Shown one piece after another: positions 1 to 8,933 of a stretch of DNA of 64,000 nt (positions are counted from its first letter, which is position 1; each line of letters begins with the position of its first letter). Under the pieces are notes generated by a model. It searched no databases, was not told the DNA's origin, and saw only the letters and a list, made by a program, of their open reading frames with translations. The DNA is taken from assembly GCA_040755455.1 (NCBI GenBank), contig JBFMAY010000016.1:16199-80198 (forward strand), given 5' to 3'. Source of the stretch: Thermodesulfobacteriota bacterium. GTDB lineage: Bacteria; Desulfobacterota; Desulfobulbia; Desulfobulbales; SURF-16. The position numbers and the translations under genes were made by a program.

Positions 1-74
1 CTGAACAGAAAACGTTCACCGGCGAAATATTTCTGCAACTCGTTGAAGGGACGCTTCTCAATGCCTGGCCTTAA

Positions 75-2136
75 CCAAAGTTTAACATCATAAAAAAAAT
101 TCCCTACATAATCGGTATGTTACTGCTCAAAAAAAGTTGCAGTGGCACTACATTCGCGTATTTTGCTGTCAATTTATCAATTTCCGCACGCCCACCGGAT
201 CGGCTATCAGATCCAGGGCAGTGTAAAGCCGCTGCAGTTTCGGATCGGCAACCGTTGTCTTGCGAACGTGCAAGGTCCGTCCATCACGCTGCTTGAAGGT
301 CGCGGTGACCCGTTGCTGGGTGGAAAAAACCTCCCGCAGCGTTGTCCAGCTTGCCTTGATGCCCCGGGCTTTGAGTTTTCCCCGCAGAGCCTGGACGGCT
401 TGATAAGCAAGCACCGTAATCAACAAATGCCCCTCAGCCCGGTCTTCCTTGCGATGGTAAACCGGGCGCAGCCCCAATTCCGACTTCAGACTGCGGAAGA
501 CCGCCTCCAGGTCGGTCAGCATGGTGTAGGTCCGCCACAGGGTCGCCTCGTCCCAGTTCATCTCGTTGGTACGCAGACAATAGACCCCCGGATGGGTGAG
601 TTGCGTGCCGGAGACCGGCATCCTCTCCCAGGTCAACGCGACTACCTTGGCGCCGGTTTCATCCGGAGTCAGCTCGATACGATAATGCTGGCCGATCCCG
701 TGACTTTGTTCCTGCAGACGTCCTATCCTCGTCAACAGCTTATCCCGTCGCTTTTCGCCTCGCGGCTTCTGCAGACCGGCGGCGAGCTTGGCCAGTCCGC
801 TTTCAAATTTCTCCATGAAGCGCCTGGTCATGGCGGTTTCCTTCTCCTGCCGCTCCTCGGAATGACAGTACAAGCGCACTTCCCCGCCATCATCGCTGAC
901 GACCCGCTCAAGGCGGATGGTCTGGTCGGACGCGGTCGAGACCCCCACGGATTGCTCTTCATCAAAATGGCGGCTCCGCTCCCGGCTGACCACCAGGTAC
1001 CGGTAGTGATGCTCCACCAGCCAGCTGATATTGGCCTCGGTGGCAATCCCCCCATCCATGATCACCAGCGCCCCAGTCGGCGCCTCAAGCCCCTGCAGCA
1101 TCTCTTCCAGAGTGGAGGCCTCGACGACGTTTCCCGCGAACATCCGCGAGCGGCGCACAAAACCGCTGCCGTCCAGCACCAGCCCCAGGGTCACCAGCGG
1201 GCAATCACTTCTTTTTTCCTTCGAATGTCCGCGCCGGGCCTTGGCGTTGCCTGCCATGTCTCCTTCAAAATAGGTGTTGGTCAGATCGTACAGGGTCACG
1301 GTCGCCGGCAAGGCGAACAGAGTATTGATCCGGGAAAACAGCGCTGCCTCTATTGCCTCGCGACGACGAACCAGCAGATCGGAGGCACGATAGAGGTTCA
1401 TCAGCGGTATGGCCTCAAAATCAACCTCCAGCAATTCTCCCAGACCGCTACGTTCCTTGAGCCAGCGCCAGGTGGCAAGCTCGCTGCCCGGCGCCGCCAT
1501 CCGCCCAATCACGCTGCCGATGGCCGCCGCCTGCTGGTTGCCGTTGAACCCGGCTTCCGCAAGAATGCGTGGCAATTCAAGCCATTCGAGGGCCGCAAGT
1601 CCCGCATGCTCAACCCCAACCGATCGGGGCCGGACCAGTTGCAGGGAGGCGACATCCACTTCATGGTAATCCGCACCCGCTGTCTCGTTGGATGACCTTA
1701 CGGGTTGCCGGCCGGCGATCAGACGGGCCGCATAGCGCTGGGCCAGGGTTTCAACTTCGGATGACACCGTCAGCAAGGTTGTCTGCCCGGCCAGAATCGC
1801 CTCGATCCGGGCACACAGCTGTGGCCATTGTTCGCGAGGCAAGGAAAAATTTCTCCCCAGATTCAGCAGGGTCTGCTGCCGCACCTTGCCGCCGATTCTT
1901 TCCGAGGCAACCAGTCGGAAGGTGAAATAGGGTTCCCCTGCTGCCGCGTTGCTGGTTTTTGTCTGTCGAATGAACATGAATGATCATTGACAGTTTTTTG
2001 CGAAAAAGCCAATACGTCTTAAAAATTTTATGGCACTACAAGCCGCCTCTAACAAAACCACTATTGATATTATTAGATTTTTTGAAGCAAAATGAAGCAA
2101 AAATCGTTAAAATTCCTTGTATGCGTTAAGCTTGGG
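75..2136 (-). mobile_element. IS1634-family (IS4 superfamily) insertion sequence
   Basis: Imperfect terminal inverted repeats: CCAAAGTTTAAC (75-86) vs reverse complement of 2125-2136, CCCAAGCTTAAC (10/12 match). TTAA on both flanks (71-74, 2137-2140). Encloses a 602-aa DDE transposase. Confidence 0.8.
169..1977 (-). CDS. IS1634-family transposase
   Basis: N-terminus MFIRQTKT...RLVASERIGGKVRQQTLLNLG, plus LYDLTNTYFEG, GHSKEKRSD, VIMDGGI and LEAVFRSLKSELGLRPVYH, all typical IS1634 DDE motifs. Confidence 0.92.
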   Translation of the reverse strand: MFIRQTKTSNAAAGEPYFTFRLVASERIGGKVRQQTLLNLGRNFSLPREQWPQLCARIEAILAGQTTLLTVSSEVETLAQRYAARLIAGRQPVRSSNETAGADYHEVDVASLQLVRPRSVGVEHAGLAALEWLELPRILAEAGFNGNQQAAAIGSVIGRMAAPGSELATWRWLKERSGLGELLEVDFEAIPLMNLYRASDLLVRRREAIEAALFSRINTLFALPATVTLYDLTNTYFEGDMAGNAKARRGHSKEKRSDCPLVTLGLVLDGSGFVRRSRMFAGNVVEASTLEEMLQGLEAPTGALVIMDGGIATEANISWLVEHHYRYLVVSRERSRHFDEEQSVGVSTASDQTIRLERVVSDDGGEVRLYCHSEERQEKETAMTRRFMEKFESGLAKLAAGLQKPRGEKRRDKLLTRIGRLQEQSHGIGQHYRIELTPDETGAKVVALTWERMPVSGTQLTHPGVYCLRTNEMNWDEATLWRTYTMLTDLEAVFRSLKSELGLRPVYHRKEDRAEGHLLITVLAYQAVQALRGKLKARGIKASWTTLREVFSTQQRVTATFKQRDGRTLHVRKTTVADPKLQRLYTALDLIADPVGVRKLIN

Positions 2137-2704
2137 TTAATACCCGGACGCTGAGGGACTCGGCAGGGATTTTTAGGAGTTCTTCCATCGAGACCATCGC
2201 TTCCAGGCATGGGGTGATGATTTTCGTCACCCTGCATATATGTCATTAACCCGATTGACAAAATAACCTTAAAACCAATTCCCAACAAAAACATACACCA
2301 CCAAGAACAAGCTCAACCACCTCATTCCTAAGGCGTTTTTTCAAGCCACTCACATCCTATCCATCTAATTAACCAAGAAAAACAAACAGCACATTGAGAA
2401 TGTTAGTTTCAGCAAAGATAACTCTGGGAAATCAAAATCACTGGACGCAGATAATACATTGTGCTATTTAATAACGCTTTTATAGGCTGCGTTGAGTTTG
2501 TCATTAGGTCTCCAACTGGAGAACAATTGACAAAAACCTCAATGGGACAAGGAGTTGATTGCCTGTCCAGGCCCGATAAATCATGTTGCCATGATGCAGC
2601 AACGACAAGTAATTCGCTAAACTAAACAACATGCACATAACCAACGGGCTGACGGGCAGAAAATTGAAAAATACTTCGCTTTGCTACTAAAGCATTAATC
2701 ACAA

Positions 2705-4306
2705 ATGAAAAGAAAACTCAGCAATTACATAGGCATTGCTTTTTTTATAAACATCTTTGCCATCATAAGTGTCGGTGGAATCTGCATTATGATGGTCAAG
2801 GATATGGTTCGCAACAATATCTCCCACCTTGAAGAAGAAAGCAGAAATGTGGCCAGAATATACAAATTAAACGACAGGGTACAGCAGGCCATTTTTTCTG
2901 TGCATGGCTCAATCATTGACAACAACGGCTCCCCCTTGTCAAACACCATTAAGTCGATAGGTAAAATAAAAGAGGACCTTAAAACTTACGTAGAAACAGA
3001 GCAGGAGAAATACGACCCCTACTTTGAGGAAGAAAATATCCTTTTGGACAAAATTAAGGATAATCTCGTAGGAATACGACAGGTACTTGATGAAATCCTT
3101 CTGAACCTGTCAACGACAAAACTGCTGGATGAAATCAATTTTACAAAACTGGATGGCTACGGCTATACCATCCACCACCTGGCCCAAACGATCAACGATC
3201 TCCATTTCAAGACCGTATCCAACCTGGTCAAGGAGTCCTACAGCAAGATGTATTTCATCCTGCTGCTCTATCTGGTCTCCTCCGTCGTCGGCATTCTGGC
3301 CTCCTGCGTGGGGTATATCGTGCTGACCCGCCATACCATCAAACCAATCATCAACCTCGCCTCCGCCACGGAAAAGATATCCTCCGGGGATTTTAACATC
3401 CGGGTAAAAACCGTCTCGGAGACGGAAATCGGCACGCTCTACCAGTCTTTTAACGACATGACGGCAAGACTGCAGGAACACGAGAAAAAGCGGGAAGACT
3501 TCAACCGCACCCTGGAACGTCTGGTAAAGGAAAGGACCAGAGAGCTGCGGGAGTCCGAGGAATCCCTGCGCCGGACCCAGTCCGAACTGGTGCGCATGGA
3601 AAAGATCGCCACCCTGGGCCAGATCGCCACCTCGGTCAACCATGAAATCAAGACCCCGCTGAATGTGCTCTATATGAACCTGCAGCTGCTTATCCGTAAA
3701 ATCAATCAATGCGACATGGGTAAAAGCGAACTCAAGCAGGGCATGCTCGACCTGACCGAGATCATCAACGGCGAGATCATCAGGATCAATGAAATCATCG
3801 AGGAGTTTGTCAAATATGCCCGTTTCCCGGACCCGAATTTCAAACAGGGCAACATCAACCAAATCCTGGCGGATATTGCCGAGATGGTCGCCCAGAATGC
3901 CCAAGAATCGGATATCATCATCAATGTCGTGCAAGATGAAACCCTTGACCTCGTGCCGATTGACGAGAAAATGATGATCCAGGCCCTGCTCAACCTGTGC
4001 ATGAACGCCATTCAGGCCATGCCCTATGGCGGCCTACTGCGGCTGGAGAGCAAAAGGGACGGCGCCTGCGCCAAAATCCTGATTGAGGATACCGGGCAGG
4101 GAATCGCTGATGAAGACCTGCAACACATCTTTGATCCATTTTTCACCAAAAAGGATGGCGGAATGGGACTGGGGCTCGCCATAGCCCAGAGGATCATCGA
4201 AAATCATAGAGGCTCGATTTCCTGCCAAAGCGAGGTGGGGAAGGGTACCTCTTTTGAAATAGATCTGCCTGTTTCGCCCGACAGCATCTGCCAAGAGATC
4301 ATATAG
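2705..4306 (+). CDS. Membrane sensor histidine kinase (2 TM, periplasmic helical sensor, HAMP, HisKA, HATPase)
   Basis: Two hydrophobic segments, HAMP (EIGTLYQSFNDM), H-box VNHEIKTPL, N-box NAIQAM, G-boxes DTGQGI and GMGLGL. Confidence 0.93.
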   Translation: MKRKLSNYIGIAFFINIFAIISVGGICIMMVKDMVRNNISHLEEESRNVARIYKLNDRVQQAIFSVHGSIIDNNGSPLSNTIKSIGKIKEDLKTYVETEQEKYDPYFEEENILLDKIKDNLVGIRQVLDEILLNLSTTKLLDEINFTKLDGYGYTIHHLAQTINDLHFKTVSNLVKESYSKMYFILLLYLVSSVVGILASCVGYIVLTRHTIKPIINLASATEKISSGDFNIRVKTVSETEIGTLYQSFNDMTARLQEHEKKREDFNRTLERLVKERTRELRESEESLRRTQSELVRMEKIATLGQIATSVNHEIKTPLNVLYMNLQLLIRKINQCDMGKSELKQGMLDLTEIINGEIIRINEIIEEFVKYARFPDPNFKQGNINQILADIAEMVAQNAQESDIIINVVQDETLDLVPIDEKMMIQALLNLCMNAIQAMPYGGLLRLESKRDGACAKILIEDTGQGIADEDLQHIFDPFFTKKDGGMGLGLAIAQRIIENHRGSISCQSEVGKGTSFEIDLPVSPDSICQEII

Positions 4307-4309
4307 CCC

Positions 4310-5650
4310 ATGATACGGACCTGCATACTCATCGTTGATGACGACAAAATGACCAGGCAGACCCTGTCCATTGCCTTGAAGGAACAGTATCAGACCATTA
4401 CCGCCAAGGATGGCAAAACCGCCCTGGAGATACTCAATAACCAGGAAATCGATCTCGTGCTTTCCGATCTGTCCATGCCGGGCATGAACGGCATTGAACT
4501 GCTGGAGCTGATCAATCTTCTCCCCGAAAAGACCCCGGTGATCTTCATCACCGGCCAGGGAACCGTGGAAACGGCCGTGCAGGCCATGAAGAACGGCGCC
4601 TATGATTATGTCACCAAACCGATCAACATCGACCGCCTCACGCTGCTGATCGAGAAAACCCTTGAGACCCAGAGACTCAAGGAAGAAAACATCCTGCTGA
4701 AAAAAAAGATCGAGGAGACCTACCCGGACCTGTCCATGATCGGCAACTCGCCGGCCATGCAGAGAATCAAGGATCTCGCCAGGCAGGTTGCCGCCACCAC
4801 CGCCACCGTGCTCATCGAGGGGGAAAGCGGCACGGGTAAGGAACTGGTGACCAACATCATCCATTACAACAGCCCCGTGGCACATGGCCCTTTGATCAAG
4901 GTTAACTGCTCAGCCTTTGCCGAAGGGGTGCTGGAATCCGAACTGTTCGGCCACGAGAAAGGCGCCTTCACCGGCGCGGTGGTCACCAAAAAAGGCAGAT
5001 TCGAGCTGGCCGACGGCGGCACCCTTTTTCTCGATGAAGTCGGCGAAATGCCGTCTTCCATCCAGGTCAAACTGCTGCGTTTTCTCCAGGAACAGACCTT
5101 TGAACGAGTGGGCGGCACCAAAACCCAGAAGGTCCGCGTGCGCATCATCTCAGCCACCAACCGCAACCTGACGGGAATGATCAGAGAGGGGACCTTCCGC
5201 GAAGATCTCTATTACCGCCTGCGGGTGGTGAAAATAGAGATGCCCGCCCTGCAGGAACGCAAGGAGGATATCCCGGAACTGGCGGCCAGCTTTCTGAAAA
5301 AACTGGCAAATCGGCACGGCAAGCATATCTCCCGGGTATCCGACGAGGTGATGGAGCTGATCATGCAGTATAACTGGCCGGGCAATATCCGCGAACTGAT
5401 GAACTGCATTGAAAGCTCCGTGGTCATGGCCAAAACCGACGCCATCACCATCGACTGCATTCCCGAGTATCTTACCCTCAGCAGCAGCGACTCCTCAATG
5501 GACGGCAAGGAAGGACTGCTGCAGCAAATGGAGCGGCAGACCATTACCGACGTCCTCAACAAGACCGGGGGCGACAAGGTAAAAGCCGCGAAAATTCTGG
5601 GGATAGGGCTGCGCACCCTCTATCGGAAGATCGAGCAATGGGAGCTGTGA
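4310..5650 (+). CDS. NtrC-family sigma54-dependent response regulator (REC-AAA+-Fis HTH)
   Basis: REC domain (LSDLSMP), Walker A GESGTGKE, intact GAFTGA, FREDLYYRL, WPGNIREL, C-terminal HTH LGIGLRTLYRK. Confidence 0.96.
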   Translation: MIRTCILIVDDDKMTRQTLSIALKEQYQTITAKDGKTALEILNNQEIDLVLSDLSMPGMNGIELLELINLLPEKTPVIFITGQGTVETAVQAMKNGAYDYVTKPINIDRLTLLIEKTLETQRLKEENILLKKKIEETYPDLSMIGNSPAMQRIKDLARQVAATTATVLIEGESGTGKELVTNIIHYNSPVAHGPLIKVNCSAFAEGVLESELFGHEKGAFTGAVVTKKGRFELADGGTLFLDEVGEMPSSIQVKLLRFLQEQTFERVGGTKTQKVRVRIISATNRNLTGMIREGTFREDLYYRLRVVKIEMPALQERKEDIPELAASFLKKLANRHGKHISRVSDEVMELIMQYNWPGNIRELMNCIESSVVMAKTDAITIDCIPEYLTLSSSDSSMDGKEGLLQQMERQTITDVLNKTGGDKVKAAKILGIGLRTLYRKIEQWEL

Positions 5651-6345
5651 TCAGTCTGCGGAGGTGAGGGAGCAGGCCCTATCTGCATCTCCGGGGCGGG
5701 AGGAGCCGTCGGCGCTCTTATTCCTCTTCTTGGCGGTGCACTCGTAGATGATCTCCATTTCTTCCTGATAAGTGTCTCGTTGATCAGCAGCATATCCGCC
5801 CGATAAACCAGAAAATCCTGCTCGGCAATCAGGATACGCCTCGCCTCCGCATAGCAGGATTCAACCAGACTCTTCACCTCCCGGTCAATGATCCGTCCGG
5901 TCTCTTCGCTGTATGCGTTCCTGGCCAGCTGCTCGCCCAGAAAGGCGCCATCATCCCTGACATAGGACATGGGACCGAGTTCGTCGGTCATGCCCCATTG
6001 GCATACCATCTTGGAGGCCAGAACAACCGCCTGGCGGAAATCATCCTCAGCGCCGGTGGTCTGCTGGCTGAGACAGATCTCCTCGGAGGCCCGACCGCCC
6101 ATGAGTATGGTAATGCGGCTCAACAGGTATTCCTTGGTATAGGCATGGCGGTCGGTGAGCGGCAACTGCTGGGTGTGGCCCAGGGCCATGCCCCTGGGAA
6201 TGATGGTAATCTTGTGAATAGGGTCGGACTCGTCGTCGGGCAGAAATATGGCCAAAATGGCATGACCGGCCTCAAGGTAGGCCATGGTCTTGCGGTCCTT
6301 GTCGCTGATCACCAGCACTTTCCTTTCGACCGTCCCCATCGCCAC
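5651..6345 (-). pseudogene. ftsH: FtsH C-terminal peptidase M41 domain remnant (no TM or AAA domain, HExxH degenerate, frameshift near 5770)
   Basis: FtsH motifs HKITIIPRGMALG, MGGRASEE, TTGAEDD and MVCQWGM. The zinc motif reads AYLEAGH instead of AYHEAGH. Restoring one base near 5770 gives ETLxQEEMEIIYE... ending at TGA 5653-5651. Confidence 0.8.
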
Positions 6346-6473
6346 CGAGGCCGGTACTTTTAAAAATCATCACACAATCAAATAGTTACACAACAAAAAC
6401 CTCTCTATTCGATCTGCTCGCGAATCACTGAACGTCCTTCTCCGCCATTGCCATCGCGGGTGATTTACACCCA

Positions 6474-6511
6474 CTTGTCAAAATGGCAAAAAACAGTGCC
6501 ATTTTGACAAG
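6474..6511. promoter_or_regulatory. Candidate enhancer (UAS) for a sigma54 activator: 15-bp perfect inverted repeat with an 8-bp spacer
   Basis: CTTGTCAAAATGGCA (6474-6488) and TGCCATTTTGACAAG (6497-6511), about 55-90 bp upstream of a -24/-12 element. Confidence 0.7.
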
Positions 6512-6563
6512 CAAAACAGGGTGCTATAAAAATAACATATCGAAATCATTAGATTGATCATTC

Positions 6564-6579
6564 TGGCACGGATTTAGCA
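6564..6579 (+). promoter_or_regulatory. Sigma54 (-24/-12) promoter
   Basis: TGGCACG-GATT-TAGCA, with GG (6565-66) and GC (6577-78) exactly 10 nt apart. An IHF-like AATCATTAGATTG lies just upstream and a perfect IHF consensus AATCAAATAGTTA is at 6376-6388. Confidence 0.78.
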
Positions 6580-6651
6580 AAGAACACTAATTAAAATGAT
6601 ACAAAGTGCCATCAAACGCAAGCACAACATGGAAATAATGGAGGAAAAAAG

Positions 6652-6885
6652 ATGAAAGGCATGATCCCCGAAGCAAAAGTTAACGTTAAGAAAAGAAGCA
6701 TTCACTGGACCGCAGAAAACGCTCCCGCCAAAGTTGAGGTTTCCCGGGGTGCAATGTTTGCCTTAGGGGCTGTACCAACACTTATCGGCATCTGGGCGGC
6801 GGCCTGTTTCTTCGGCGGATTGATCGCAAGCGGCGGCCCCTTTGCCATGGCAAAAAGCTGGTTCTCAGCTTTAACAGGAATGTAA
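6652..6885 (+). CDS. Small membrane protein of unknown function (paralog 1)
   Basis: RBS GGAGG; basic N-terminus; hydrophobic C-terminal half LIGIWAAACFFGGLIASGGPFAMAKSWFSALTGM; paralogous to the next ORF. Confidence 0.85.
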   Translation: MKGMIPEAKVNVKKRSIHWTAENAPAKVEVSRGAMFALGAVPTLIGIWAAACFFGGLIASGGPFAMAKSWFSALTGM

Positions 6886-6937
6886 AGCATACTTCACGCA
6901 ATATCTATGCATAGCGATCGCATAACGGAGGTGCAGC

Positions 6938-7159
6938 ATGAAAGAGACGACATTGAGCCAAAAGAAACAGAAGGTACGGGCCGGGGAACAGACCGGAGCA
7001 GGTCTTGATGCATTCGCCAAAAGCGGCATTTCCGTTATGGGTGCACTTTCCGCTCTCATCGCTCTCTGGGCGGTGGCCTGCTTCATCGGCGGGCTGGTCA
7101 GCGCCGGCGGACCTGTCGAACTTGCCTACGGCTGGTTCAAAGCTATCGCAGGATTGTAA
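6938..7159 (+). CDS. Small membrane protein of unknown function (paralog 2)
   Basis: RBS GGAGGT; C-terminal half LIALWAVACFIGGLVSAGGPVELAYGWFKAIAGL aligns without gaps to paralog 1. Confidence 0.85.
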   Translation: MKETTLSQKKQKVRAGEQTGAGLDAFAKSGISVMGALSALIALWAVACFIGGLVSAGGPVELAYGWFKAIAGL

Positions 7160-7179
7160 AAACAAGAGCAACCTGAGGG

Positions 7180-7197
7180 AGGGGCCAACAGGCCCCT
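7180..7197 (+). terminator. GC hairpin after the microprotein pair (terminator or mRNA-stabilising stem)
   Basis: AGGGGCC-AACA-GGCCCCT; lacks a long U-tract. Confidence 0.45.
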
Positions 7198-7417
7198 TAA
7201 AATAATAATCAACTCAAACGAGAGAGATAGGTATTTGACACGCTAGAAAGCACGGTGACAATGAGTTTCTTGCTCATCTAGCGGTTTGGCTCAACGGACT
7301 GTAGTCCACCGATCTTTTTTTAGAACAATGTGTGCAATGGACTCACCGTTGATGCGGAGCACAGCCCGAAAGGCTGCGCAATACCGCAGAAGAAAAATAT
7401 AACTGTGGATAAGAAAA

Positions 7418-8908
7418 GTGGATATAAAATTCTCTTCTCTTATCAAATCCGCAGTTAACTTCATATCGCGCAGCAAGCACTCCGTGTTGGGAGGCATTCT
7501 CATCCTTGTCCTGACGCCAGGGCTGGTAGTTTGCCTTGTCCTTGATATCAGAGGCACCATTGACAATCCCTACTTCAGTTTTTTCATCTATCTCATCCTC
7601 GGCCCCCTGTTCGTCCTCGGCCTTATCCTACTCATCATAGGGGTATTCAGGTCTCGAGGCCGGGAAGACATCGGCCTTTTCACCTTTGAATACATCCAGG
7701 AACAACTGAACAGGCCAGGCCGATACAGCCGTATTCGCCGCCATATGCTCGTCTCGCTGTGTTTCACCCTGACCACCCTCTTTTTAGTGGCCCTTGTTTC
7801 CTACACGGGATTTCATTATACTGAATCAACCGCCTTCTGCAGCCAGTCCTGCCATCAGGTCATGGAACCGGCCTACGCCACCTATCAGCACTCCCCCCAT
7901 TCACAGATAACGTGTGTGGTATGCCATATCGGCAAGCAATCCAAATGGTTGACCAGGGCTAAATTCTCAGGAACCAAACAGCTTTTCGCCGTACTATTCG
8001 ACACCTATCCCCGGCCGATCAAGCAGCCCGTCACCTCCCTGCGACCGTTAGCGGGAACCTGCGAGCAATGCCACCGGCCGGAACTGTTTCACGAAGACAA
8101 ACTCTCTATTAAAGACCATTTTCTGCCTGATGAACGCAATACCCACCTACAGACCGCTCTGCTCATGAAAATCGGCTCCGGAGGATACCTGGACAGAAAG
8201 CCTTACGGCATTCACTGGCACGTCGCCGAGGCCAATCCTGTTTTCTATAAGCATACTGACCGTTCCCGTGAGAATGTTGTCCAGGTATGGCAGCAGAATG
8301 GCGACCAGGAACTGCTTTTTTACAAAGCCCCCGGCAACGGAGAGCAAGATGCAAGCCAGCAGGGGATCGTGCGGACGATGGACTGCATGGACTGCCATAA
8401 CCGGCCAACCCACGTCTTTCTCAGCGCCGATGAAGCTCTCGACGAAAAGCTGGTCACCGGCATCATCCCGCGCGAGATTCCCTTTATCAAGCGGCAGGCC
8501 CTTGAAGCGATAACAGCCAAATACGACTCGACAGAAGCGGCCATGTTGGGAATCACCAGAAAGCTCAAGAAATGGTATCAGGCCAACTATCCGGATTTTG
8601 AAGAGCAAAACAAACCATTACTGGATAAGGCCATTGCCGGCGCTCAGCAGGCCTACAGTGAAAATGTCTTCCCGGGAATGAAAATCGGTTGGGACACCTA
8701 CAAGGATTTTATCGGCCATAAAAACGGTACAGGTTGTTTCCGTTGCCATGGCGGGAAGCATGCAGGCAAAAACGGGCAGACAATCAGCAATGACTGTGAC
8801 AGCTGCCATATCATCCTGGCGGAAAACGAACCGCCTTCTGATATGTTGAGTCGCCTCCAGAAGATTGCGAAGACAACTGATAAGTTAAAATCATTATCAC
8901 CTTATTAA
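7418..8908 (+). CDS. Inner-membrane multiheme cytochrome c, NapC/NirT-domain, ImcH-like (6 heme motifs)
   Basis: Three N-terminal TM segments; heme motifs CSQSCH (CX3CH), CVVCH, CEQCH, CMDCH, CFRCH, CDSCH; YPRPI...LRP and GIHWHV motifs. Confidence 0.88.
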   Translation: MDIKFSSLIKSAVNFISRSKHSVLGGILILVLTPGLVVCLVLDIRGTIDNPYFSFFIYLILGPLFVLGLILLIIGVFRSRGREDIGLFTFEYIQEQLNRPGRYSRIRRHMLVSLCFTLTTLFLVALVSYTGFHYTESTAFCSQSCHQVMEPAYATYQHSPHSQITCVVCHIGKQSKWLTRAKFSGTKQLFAVLFDTYPRPIKQPVTSLRPLAGTCEQCHRPELFHEDKLSIKDHFLPDERNTHLQTALLMKIGSGGYLDRKPYGIHWHVAEANPVFYKHTDRSRENVVQVWQQNGDQELLFYKAPGNGEQDASQQGIVRTMDCMDCHNRPTHVFLSADEALDEKLVTGIIPREIPFIKRQALEAITAKYDSTEAAMLGITRKLKKWYQANYPDFEEQNKPLLDKAIAGAQQAYSENVFPGMKIGWDTYKDFIGHKNGTGCFRCHGGKHAGKNGQTISNDCDSCHIILAENEPPSDMLSRLQKIAKTTDKLKSLSPY

Positions 8909-8933
8909 TTTTCCCAGAAGGAGTTGTACAGAA

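Noticed and set aside
142..1695. 517-aa plus-strand ORF
   Set aside because: Antisense shadow of the IS1634 transposase; no recognisable motifs.
2073..2294. 73-aa minus-strand ORF
   Set aside because: Runs into the IS end. A different frame gives the continuous reading across the empty site, so this is probably not the real gene.
2492..2542. Nested hairpin TTGAG-TTTGTCA..TCTCCA/TGGAGA..TGACAAA..CTCAA upstream of the kinase
   Set aside because: Short AT-rich stems with no family match; could be an operator, but support is insufficient.
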